The notes beneath the pieces are model-generated. The model was not told the DNA's origin, did not search any database, and saw only the letters and a program-made list of their open reading frames with translations. The translations under genes and the position numbers were made by a program. Positions 35,001 through 41,831 of a stretch of 41,831 nucleotides of DNA are shown in pieces. The stretch comes from Planctomycetota bacterium. Its GTDB lineage: Bacteria; Planctomycetota; Phycisphaerae; UBA1845. The first letter of the stretch is position 1. Each line of letters begins with the position of its first letter. The DNA is taken from positions 1 to 41,831 of the forward strand of contig JAUXGE010000001.1 in assembly GCA_030622435.1 (NCBI GenBank), in the 5' to 3' direction.

Positions 35001-38000
35001 GTGGACGTGGCCATTCGCCTCGACCTGCGCGGTATACGGCGCGTTTACCAGGTACAGACAGACCTTGCCGGCAACTTCAGCTACATCTTCACACCCCTTC
35101 CCGGCGAGGCCGGCGTGTACAGCGTATCGGCCGACCACCCTGCCGTTGAAGACAACGCACGCGAAGACCAGTTCACACTCTACGGAATGGTGGCTGAACC
35201 GGCATCGCGCTTCGCCAATCTCGTCGTCGGCGAAACCTACATCGGAAGCGTGGAACTGCGCAATCCGGGTGACGCAACCCTGACCGGGATCCAGTATGAG
35301 ACGGCCGACCTGCCCGGCAACATCGACGTGCAGATCAACGCACCCTCGAGCCTGAATCCACTTGCCTCGGGAACGGTTGTCTTCAGTGTCACCGCAGCGG
35401 ATACATCAACATCCACCGCCAGCCCTACGGTCACGCTCACGTCGTCTGAAGGTGCGACGGCCGACCTGCTGCTCGAACTTTCCGTCCGCAACCCCTCGCC
35501 GGTTCTGGCGGCCGCACCGGGTTCGCTTGGAAGGGCAATGCTCAGAGGGCAGCGTTCCTACATCGAGTTTGCGGTAACAAATGTTGGTGGTGCGGATACG
35601 GGTGAGATCGAAGTCGAACTGCCTCCCACCGACTGGCTCGCCCTTGCCTCCCCGCAAACCTTCGGACCACTGGCCGCGAACGAGTCGGCAACGGTCGTGC
35701 TCCAGCTTGCACCCGATGTAGACCTGCCACTGGGCCCCTATACGGGCAACCTTTACATCGCCGGTCCTCAGTCAAACGTGTCGGTTCCCTTTACGTTCAC
35801 GGCGATTTCTGAAGCCCTGGGTGATCTACGCATCGAGGTCACCGACGAGTTCTCCTACTACGCCGAGGGGAATCCACGAGTGGCCGACGCCGCGATCACG
35901 CTCAAAGACACCTTCAGCGGTGCGGTCGTGTCGGCGGACGTCACGGACGAGACCGGCATCTTGCTGTTCACGGACCTGACCGAAGCCTATTACGACATCT
36001 CGGTCAGCGCACCCGAGCACGGCAGCTTCCGCTCCACGGTCCGTGTTTCCGGCGGGCAGGAACTGTACGTGGAGGCCTTCGTGCCGCGTCAGGTCGTCAC
36101 GTACGAATGGAGTGTGATTCCGATCGATCTGGAGGACAACTACGAAATCACGATCGATGCTACCTTCGAGACTCACGTGCCGGCTCCGGTGATCACGGTC
36201 GATCCTCCGTTCGTGGACCTGGCGATGCTAGAGTCCGCCTCCACACAGATCGATTTCACGATCACGAATCATGGACTGATCCAGGCCGACGACGTGGAAC
36301 TGCGGTACCAACCGCACCCGCGTTTCGTCATCACGCCCCTCGTGGAGTCACTCGGCAACCTTGGTGCGGAGTCGTCCGTGACAGTTCCCGTGACGATAGT
36401 AGACCTCGAGTTCGGCCGAGACGGCGGCAGCCGAGGCGTGTGTGTCGGCGTGAGCTTCAACGTCAAGTACGGTCTGTTCTGCGGCGTCCCCCTGACGTAT
36501 CTCGTGCCCGTGCTCTTCAAACTTCCACCGGAAGACTGTCCCGGCGCACCGGGCGGCAGCTGGAATCCGCCGCCGGGCTGTGCATGTGACGGTGGTGGAG
36601 CCATCATCGTAAACCCCGTGGCAACCGGTGGGAGCAGCTGCAATCCGTGTTACGTCAAGTGCGCTCTGGCAATCGCCGATTGCGGCATCGGCTTCATCCC
36701 CGGCTTCGGTTGCGCCTGGGGGATCGTACGAAGCTGCTACGGCATCTTCGGGGCAGTCGATCCGGTGGCGTGCGGATTGTCGTACGCGAGCTGCGTACCC
36801 GCATTCGGCACCGCCGCGGGAGTGGCCGGCTGCATGTACGGGGTAATCCCCGCCTGCATGTGCCTGATTACCGGCGAGGACGGCGGATCGGGCGCGGCGA
36901 TGCGCAGCGAGTACGTGTACTACCCGCCCATCGACGTCGGCGTCACAGTAGATGACCCGGCGCTGGCCTACTACATCGAAACGGCCAACCGCCAGCTCGC
37001 CGTCCTCGACTACGTCGCTTACCTGTTCGGTGACACGAGCTGGTTCGACGGTCAGCCCGGCGAGGAGGCGCTGTGGAGTCCGTGGATCGAGGCGGCACGG
37101 GCGGCCGGGCTCGAAACCAGCGACGAGGGCCACACGATCTCCGAGGCCGAGCACGATTCCCTGCTTACGATGCCGCGCCCGAGTCACGTCAGCTACGCGC
37201 TTGTCGACGCATATGTCGAGCGATGGAACCGGACGGTCGACTACGCTGATCAGGGCATCACTACCCTCGCGGACGTTCCGGAGGGTTGGAGCACCGACTT
37301 TATCGCGAGTGACATTCTGGAAGGGAAGCTCGATAGGTCCGTCGGCGGCATCGATGCCGACCAGGCCGAGGGCTTCAGTGAGTTCCTCGAGTCAGCCGAC
37401 TACACCAAGAACTTGCTGCTGCACCACACCACCATGGAGGAGGGAGAGGGCTTCTGTGCCCGCGTCCGCATCCAGATCAGCCAACAGGCCGTTGTCACGC
37501 GGTCGGCGTTCCAGGCAACCCTCACTCTCGAGAATAACGGAGATGCCTACCCGCTCGATCTGGTCGCCGTCGAAATCTACGTCAAGGACGAGAACGGCGT
37601 GCTGAGCAACAAGAACTTCGGCATCCTCGATCCGACCGTGAGCGGCAATCTGTCCGCTATGGACGGCAGCGAATCACTCGGCACACTCAGCGCCGCGACA
37701 GCCGATTGGGTGATCGTCCCGGACGACACGGCCGCCCCGACCGAGCCGACCGTCTACTACGTCAGCGGGCAAATGACCTACGAAATCGACGGCGAGCCGG
37801 TCATTATCCCGCTGTTTCCCGTGGCGATCACGGTCTATCCCAACCCGAGCCTGTATCTGAAGTACTTCCTGGAGACGACCGTCTACAGCAACGATCCGTT
37901 CACGCAGGACGTCGAGCCCCCCGTACCGTTCTCGCTCGGTTTGATGGTCACGAATGAGGGAGCGGGCAACGCGACGGACCTGACGATCGCCTCTGCCCAG

Positions 38001-39683
38001 CCCGAGATAATCGAGAACGAGCACGGTCTACTCATCGATTTTCTCATTATCGGAACGCAACTCGGACTCGATCAGATCTCCCCGTCGCTCACCGTAAACT
38101 TCGGGGAGGTGCCGGCCGGGGCTACGAAGGTCGCACGATGGCTCATGACTGCGTCGCTGCAGGGAGAGTTCATCCGATACTCGGCCACGTTCGAGCAGGT
38201 CGGACCACTTGGCGAACTCGGCCTGTCCCTGATAGACGACCTCGCCATCTACGACCTGAACCACGTCGTCCGCGTCGATGTTCCGGCGGACGACGGCCTG
38301 CCGGACTTCCTCGTCAACGACCTGCCGGATGGGGAGGATCTGCCCGACACAATCCACTCCAGCGACAACACCGTGCTTGATGTCAGCGCGGTTACCTCGG
38401 GCATTGTCGACGGTCCGCCATCCATGGGTGACCTCGAAGTGTCACTGTCGGCCACCACTCCGACGGGCTGGGTGTACCTGCGAGCCGACAACCCAGCCGC
38501 GGATACGTACTTCACCCTCGATCGCGTCGAACGCTCGGATGGACGTGAGATTCTCATGGGTGACAACGTCTGGACCACGCATCGGATCCAGCGACCGGAA
38601 GGGCAAGCTTCCTACACGGAGGACTTCCTCCATCTGGTCGACTTCGACAGCACCGGCTCATACACACTCGTCTACCGGTTGCCGCCCGATGGTGACGGCG
38701 ACGGCGTCCCGGACCATGCGGACAACTGCCCGTCCACACCGAACGAGAACCAGGACGACAACGATAATGACGAAGTCGGTAACGCCTGCGACAACTGCCC
38801 GGACACCGAAAACGCCGACCAGGCTGACACCGATCGGGACGACGTCGGGGATCTGTGCGACAACTGCGTGAATGTCCGAAACAACGACCAGGCCAACAGC
38901 GACAGCGACGAACACGGCGACGCATGTGACAACTGCCCAACCACGCCGAACCCTGAGCAGGATGACGGTGACGGCGATGACGTGGGCGATGCCTGCGACA
39001 ACTGTGTGACCGTCACCAACGCCGACCAGACCGACTTCGATGGCGACGACGTCGGCGACGTGTGCGACAACTGCCCCTGCCTGAGCAATCCGGACCAGAC
39101 CGACGACAACGCCAACGATGTCGGCGACGCATGTGAGATCGATCTGGTGATCCTCTCCAGCTCGCCGGCCGACGGCGTGATCGACGCTCGCCAGCCTTCC
39201 GACCTTGACGGTGTCGAGCCCTTCGGCTGGGACTCGGTCGAAATCACGCTCAGCGGCGACGTGGCCGGCCTGTCTGCCACCGACTTCGCCGTGACCGAGG
39301 TTGGGGGTGACGGAATCGCCCCGGGAATCGCCGACATGACTGCAATCGACACCGATACGCTGCTGGTTACTCTGGACGATCGCCTCGAACCCGGCGCCCG
39401 GACGGTCTTCACACACAGAGCCAGTTGCACGAGGACCTGCCTGGGCTACCTGCCGGCCGACGCCAACGGCGACGGCACAAGCGCAGCTCCGGACATCCTC
39501 GAGCTGATCGACCACCTCAACGGCGTGCTTAATCCGCCGCTCGAGCAATGGCAGTGCGATATGGACCGCAGCAGTGTCTGCACACCGCCGGATATCCTAC
39601 GCCTGATCGACCTGCTCAACGGCGCAGGCCAGTTCGCTCCGTGGCTGGGCAGAGAGCTTCCCGACTGCCCGTCGAGTCCATAA
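32013..39683 (+). CDS. giant (about 2556 aa) multidomain secreted protein: choice-of-anchor-L-like N-domain, CARDB-like repeats, Cys/Gly-rich hydrophobic segment, thrombospondin type-3 repeats, dockerin-like C-terminus
   Basis: The ATG at 32013 has GGAAAGG upstream and gives the signal peptide MSSKNRWIVGPMFIAGAASLMVCAAVSAQ. The ORF-track GTG at 31902 would overlap the previous gene. The motif FGSEEFPEYLGGFYNDAFAVFLDG lies in 32205-32850. There are four CARDB-like units (W(L/I)DRVY(I/L)S.D......D.LLG...; EG.NNV) in 33792-34885. The C-terminus is ADANGDGTSAAPDILELIDHLNG...PPDILRLIDLLNG. Confidence 0.9.
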   Translation: MSSKNRWIVGPMFIAGAASLMVCAAVSAQTRPRPGTDKPAYYPLQGVVASRALTFTSPAADQDLIDRLIPSVPPGVTIDAFVYEGAGDAVALYEQLDWDDGTTALSLPDGIFLCTGQIPGAANTIGSWSHQWNLPGDSGLTALLNQFTYDASSLSITFTTGETLDGLSFQFDFGSEEFPEYLGGFYNDAFAVFLDGTNIAFDTDGDPISINSTFLTYNNTPTVVAGTTSVNFPIEYDGLSVRLTTQTTVTPGQHTLKFVIADGGDAKYDSGVFVADLSFGLACVGTGVPPELDPIPTSETVHIGSTFELPVSASHSDVGETVDILTNPADLPDNMSFVVTPGNPATGMLSFTPISQQSDTSYDITLIAISDAQVCDMAVIHLDVITPLSPLADAGGPYAFSAATDTVIIDATRSYDPDGELGTFDDIAALQWDLGDDGIADDPGRVNSTETISRDDALAKGLGIGTDVLIGLTVQDVDGYTGSDLDAIQYESTAPTADASGPYGPVYPGESAQLDGLVDDADLGLTVGEILTVEWDFTPAVEAGDIGDGFANAAQVELTYETLHPLMSQYGETVYLNVVDAAGLVASAQTTITLAVTDLEVIDINVPPAGPIGSPFDVTWTVRNGSDMAAVAPWLDRVYISPDAEFGNGNDTLLGSYTHADDLEPTLTYVEGDQFTLPWAAGEYWIIVFTDADDVIYEGADEGNNVGISTGPIVVQTPDLVVENIDPPSPAYDGEPAQVEWTVRNVGDADAEPAWIDRVYLSADDALNGGDNLLGEYEWSFGLGAGMPYTRSETVTIPAGLNGEFYIIVVTDATNAVTESNGEGNNVTMTLVQIVQLLLPDFQITEVTGESADYIGQRYNLIWRVENPGLGTANGSWIDRVYLSDDDQLDTEPEGDEVVAQVGIVNIVEPSGFYVRTASFNLPDAPGAYWLFVVTDALNTIREDDDANNVEPKPVDVLAPEYEATVEADITTGVMGQPVTLFGKATSLDTGLGEPEVDVAIRLDLRGIRRVYQVQTDLAGNFSYIFTPLPGEAGVYSVSADHPAVEDNAREDQFTLYGMVAEPASRFANLVVGETYIGSVELRNPGDATLTGIQYETADLPGNIDVQINAPSSLNPLASGTVVFSVTAADTSTSTASPTVTLTSSEGATADLLLELSVRNPSPVLAAAPGSLGRAMLRGQRSYIEFAVTNVGGADTGEIEVELPPTDWLALASPQTFGPLAANESATVVLQLAPDVDLPLGPYTGNLYIAGPQSNVSVPFTFTAISEALGDLRIEVTDEFSYYAEGNPRVADAAITLKDTFSGAVVSADVTDETGILLFTDLTEAYYDISVSAPEHGSFRSTVRVSGGQELYVEAFVPRQVVTYEWSVIPIDLEDNYEITIDATFETHVPAPVITVDPPFVDLAMLESASTQIDFTITNHGLIQADDVELRYQPHPRFVITPLVESLGNLGAESSVTVPVTIVDLEFGRDGGSRGVCVGVSFNVKYGLFCGVPLTYLVPVLFKLPPEDCPGAPGGSWNPPPGCACDGGGAIIVNPVATGGSSCNPCYVKCALAIADCGIGFIPGFGCAWGIVRSCYGIFGAVDPVACGLSYASCVPAFGTAAGVAGCMYGVIPACMCLITGEDGGSGAAMRSEYVYYPPIDVGVTVDDPALAYYIETANRQLAVLDYVAYLFGDTSWFDGQPGEEALWSPWIEAARAAGLETSDEGHTISEAEHDSLLTMPRPSHVSYALVDAYVERWNRTVDYADQGITTLADVPEGWSTDFIASDILEGKLDRSVGGIDADQAEGFSEFLESADYTKNLLLHHTTMEEGEGFCARVRIQISQQAVVTRSAFQATLTLENNGDAYPLDLVAVEIYVKDENGVLSNKNFGILDPTVSGNLSAMDGSESLGTLSAATADWVIVPDDTAAPTEPTVYYVSGQMTYEIDGEPVIIPLFPVAITVYPNPSLYLKYFLETTVYSNDPFTQDVEPPVPFSLGLMVTNEGAGNATDLTIASAQPEIIENEHGLLIDFLIIGTQLGLDQISPSLTVNFGEVPAGATKVARWLMTASLQGEFIRYSATFEQVGPLGELGLSLIDDLAIYDLNHVVRVDVPADDGLPDFLVNDLPDGEDLPDTIHSSDNTVLDVSAVTSGIVDGPPSMGDLEVSLSATTPTGWVYLRADNPAADTYFTLDRVERSDGREILMGDNVWTTHRIQRPEGQASYTEDFLHLVDFDSTGSYTLVYRLPPDGDGDGVPDHADNCPSTPNENQDDNDNDEVGNACDNCPDTENADQADTDRDDVGDLCDNCVNVRNNDQANSDSDEHGDACDNCPTTPNPEQDDGDGDDVGDACDNCVTVTNADQTDFDGDDVGDVCDNCPCLSNPDQTDDNANDVGDACEIDLVILSSSPADGVIDARQPSDLDGVEPFGWDSVEITLSGDVAGLSATDFAVTEVGGDGIAPGIADMTAIDTDTLLVTLDDRLEPGARTVFTHRASCTRTCLGYLPADANGDGTSAAPDILELIDHLNGVLNPPLEQWQCDMDRSSVCTPPDILRLIDLLNGAGQFAPWLGRELPDCPSSP
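38688..39137 (+). repeat. thrombospondin type-3 (Ca-binding) repeat array within the giant CDS
   Basis: DNCPxxxNxxQxDxDxDxVGDxCDNC is iterated about 6 times. The gacaactgc units recur at the DNA level. Confidence 0.8.
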
Positions 39684-39701
39684 TAATCCGGGCTAGACCG
39701 T

Positions 39702-39723
39702 TGGCCGACACGGGAATCGGCCG
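39702..39723. terminator. weak hairpin between convergent genes (giant CDS and glnA)
   Basis: GGCCGA-cacgggaa-TCGGCC forms a 6-7 bp stem. There is no U-tract. Confidence 0.25.
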
Positions 39724-39731
39724 CCACAGGA

Positions 39732-41150
39732 TCATGCATCCAGATAGAGTTGATACTCGTAAGGGTGAGGTCTGGAGTCGACCTCGCGCACGTCGCGGGC
39801 TGTCTTGACGGCTATCCAGCGCTCGAGCATCTCCTCGCTGAACACCTCGCCTTTGCACAGGAAATCGTGATCCTTCTCGAGCGCGGCCAGCGCATCGTGC
39901 AAGGTGCGCGGTAGCGGCGTGATCTTCTTTTGAAACGACTCATCCTGCTTGGCTACATCCATATCGAACGGCCCGAAATGGTGCTGTGCCACATCGAGTT
40001 TCGACTGGATGCCATCGAGCCCCGCCATGAGCATGGCGGCGAGCGTCAGGTAGACATTGCCCGTGAAATCCGGCGGGCGGTACTCGATTCGCTTGTCGCT
40101 CTCGCTGACGGCGTACCGTGGAACGCGGACGGCCGCCGACCGATTCCCCAGCGAGAAAAACAGGTTGACCGGCGCCTCATACCCCTCGACCAGACGCTTG
40201 AAGGAGTTCGTTGACGGATTCGCCAACCCGGCCAGCGCCCCACTGTGCTTCAACAAGCCGACGATGTACTGTAGCGCCAGAGGGCTCAGATTCCCGTAGG
40301 CATCCGGTGCTCCGTCGTAGAAGAGATTCCGCCCGGCTTTTTCCAGCCGCTGGTGCACGTGCATGCCGTTGCCCGCCTCGGCAAACACCGGCTTGGGCAT
40401 GAAGGTCGCCAGCTTACCGTGTCGGTGGGCGATGTTCTTGACAACGTACTTGATCAGCATCGCGCGGTCGGCCACGCAAACCAGGTCAGCAAGGTCGATC
40501 TCGATCTCGCACTGACCCGGCGCCCCGACCTCGTGATGATGATACCGCACGGGGATGCCCAGATCCTCGAGCGTCAGCGCCATGTCGCTTCGCAGGTCGT
40601 GGAACTGGTCGCCCGGTGGAACGCGCATGTAACCGCCATGCCTGGGAATGGCCGGCGTCGCGCCCTCGGTGTCAACCTCGCAGCATCCGATCGTGACACC
40701 CGCGGCATACGGCTCGTTGACGACATCGACCCGGTCGAGAACGTGGAACTCGAACTCGGGGCCCATCATGGCCGCATCCGCAATGCCCGTACCCTGCATG
40801 TACTGCACCGCCCGCCGGGCGATGGTGCGAGGATCGCTTGGCACCGCCTCCTTCGTGTCAGCCGTTACCGTGTCACACAGGAAGCTGATCGTCGGCCTAT
40901 CCCAGAACGGATCGATGAACGCCGTCTCAGCCAGCGGCAACGCGGCGACATCCGAGTCCACCACCTGCCCGAAGCCGGCACCGGACGATCCATCGTACCC
41001 GACACCCTCCTCGAAGTGCTTCGTCGAGAAGCCGCTCGCCGGAAGCGTGATGTGCAGCCACTGCCCTGCCGCACCGGCGACCTTCAGGTCAACCATTGCT
41101 ACATCATGATCGGATATGAACTTGATTGCTGCTTCAGCGCTGTCGAACAC
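39732..41150 (-). CDS. glnA: glutamine synthetase, type I
   Basis: This 472-aa ORF carries canonical GSI blocks (FDGSS-like GYDGSSGAG, MPKP-FAEAGNGMHVHQ, NPSTNSFKRLVEGYEAP, SLGNRSAAVRVP). The start is GTG at 41150, with GGAGAA upstream. Confidence 0.95.
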   Translation of the reverse strand: MFDSAEAAIKFISDHDVAMVDLKVAGAAGQWLHITLPASGFSTKHFEEGVGYDGSSGAGFGQVVDSDVAALPLAETAFIDPFWDRPTISFLCDTVTADTKEAVPSDPRTIARRAVQYMQGTGIADAAMMGPEFEFHVLDRVDVVNEPYAAGVTIGCCEVDTEGATPAIPRHGGYMRVPPGDQFHDLRSDMALTLEDLGIPVRYHHHEVGAPGQCEIEIDLADLVCVADRAMLIKYVVKNIAHRHGKLATFMPKPVFAEAGNGMHVHQRLEKAGRNLFYDGAPDAYGNLSPLALQYIVGLLKHSGALAGLANPSTNSFKRLVEGYEAPVNLFFSLGNRSAAVRVPRYAVSESDKRIEYRPPDFTGNVYLTLAAMLMAGLDGIQSKLDVAQHHFGPFDMDVAKQDESFQKKITPLPRTLHDALAALEKDHDFLCKGEVFSEEMLERWIAVKTARDVREVDSRPHPYEYQLYLDA

Positions 41151-41274
41151 GTCTGATTCTCCGCTTGCGACTTTCCTCTCCCCTCATGCCCGGGCGATTG
41201 CACGGTCTTGTGCTCGCCCATCCTACCTTAAAGAACCACGCACACAACTGCCTCACGTTGATCGGCGACTTGGA

Positions 41275-41402
41275 GGGGTGTGGCCATCATGTGCGGCACG
41301 TGCGAACAATTCGTGCCTCTCTGTAGCGGCCGGCGTCCCCGCCGGCCGTCGTTGTGCACTGGCATCTGCCCGCGAAAACGACCTGCGAGGACGCCGGGTG
41401 CC
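41275..41402. repeat. dispersed repeat family, copy B (inverted relative to copy A; hairpin 41327-41348)
   Basis: The reverse complement reads ggcacccggcgtcctcgcaggtcgttttcgcgggcagatgccagtgcacaacgaCGGCCGGCGgggaCGCCGGCCGctacagagaggcacgaattgttcgcacgtgccgcacatgatggccacacccc, which aligns with 9406-9531. Confidence 0.6.
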
Positions 41403-41527
41403 ATGGCCACGCTCCGAGGAACAACCGTAATTCAAGCCAGTTTCAGCGTGGCCATGCTTAGTCACCATAGCGCAAAGGGATTCGGTTTTCCTCATCCCAG
41501 CATGCCCGCATGCCCGCAGTAACGCGC

Positions 41528-41560
41528 AAAAAAAGAGGCCGCCCGGAATGCGGGCGGCCT
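41528..41560 (-). terminator. canonical intrinsic terminator (10-bp GC stem, 5-nt loop, U7 on the minus strand)
   Basis: The minus strand reads AGGCCGCCCG-CATTC-CGGGCGGCCT-C-TTTTTTT. It lies downstream of the partial gene ending at 41687. Confidence 0.8.
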
Positions 41561-41636
41561 GGAACTCTACTACTTACTCAACTCTCTATTTACTCTCGAA
41601 TCTACTGATTTACAGCCTCCTTTGAACCTCCGAGGT

Positions 41637-41662
41637 GGGGCGGGTCGATTTCGACCCACCCC
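41637..41662 (-). other. 3'-flank hairpin paralogous to 2071-2100
   Basis: The minus strand GGGGTGGGTCG-AAAT-CGACCCGCCCC forms an 11-bp stem with one G:U that pairs only in the minus-strand RNA. It lies 25 nt after the stop at 41687. Confidence 0.5.
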
Positions 41663-41686
41663 GGCCTCGTAGGATCATTTACAGAA

Positions 41687-41831
41687 CTAATCAGAGCATA
41701 CCGGAGGCAAACTCGCCGGCGGGAAGCCGGGACCGGGATACTGATCGCCAAGGAACGCACCAAGAACGTACGTTACGGCGGTGATGTTGATCGCCTGGCC
41801 CGGAACCCTGTGGTCGCCGGCCGGTGAACCC
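41687..41831 (-). CDS. 3' end of another secreted protein sharing the C-terminal module of the 1780-aa protein (partial; N-terminus beyond the right edge)
   Basis: My own translation gives GSPAGDHRVPGQAINITAVTYVLGAFLGDQYPGPGFPPASLPPVCSD*, with the stop (TAG) at 41687-41689. Compare EGSPAGDHRVPDQAINITDVTYTLGAFLGQQYPGPGFPPPSPRPC... at 2126-2290. It is not in the ORF track because it has no start in the window. Confidence 0.8.
   Translation of the reverse strand, partial: GSPAGDHRVPGQAINITAVTYVLGAFLGDQYPGPGFPPASLPPVCSD

Noticed and set aside
41197-41216. Sigma54 (-24/-12) promoter upstream of glnA (minus strand GAGCACAAGACCGTGCAAT)
   Set aside because: The critical GG of the -24 box is AG, and the spacing to the GC of the -12 box is off by one. 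This is not convincing without experimental data.

Overview
This is a high-G+C bacterial chromosomal segment. The protein repertoire (giant Cys-rich secreted proteins, dockerin/EF-hand-like C-termini, HAF repeats, thrombospondin-type-3 repeats) resembles Planctomycetota-like genomes, but that taxonomic call is inference only. About two thirds of the window encodes six very large or partial secreted surface proteins: 1-1796 (partial), 2126-7468, 10649-15004, 28082-31909, 32013-39683 and 41687-41831 (partial). Housekeeping anchors are glnA (39732-41150), tRNA-Ala(CGC), tRNA-Ser(GCU) and a sortilin/BNR-repeat protein (23892-27182). Accessory content includes a compact minus-strand cassette at 15071-16939: a 73-aa acidic ORF, a PqqD-like RiPP-recognition element, and an HprK-like P-loop kinase whose ORF continues in frame into a twin-arginine-like leader and a tandem knottin-like 12-Cys peptide. 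I rate this cassette the best candidate for an undescribed system. There is also a lower-G+C DUF433/PIN-like toxin-antitoxin pair (22362-23545) and a small lipoprotein/membrane-protein cluster with a duplicated 5' leader (19805-21714). A 2.9-kb stretch with no credible ORF (16940-19804) holds a three-copy nucleotide repeat, a 9-mer palindrome array and a dockerin-gene remnant. Two gene remnants lie next to tRNA-Ser, and a dispersed GC-hairpin repeat family has three copies. I found no CRISPR array, transposase, integrase or rRNA. Many long ORFs in the track are antisense artefacts of high G+C.
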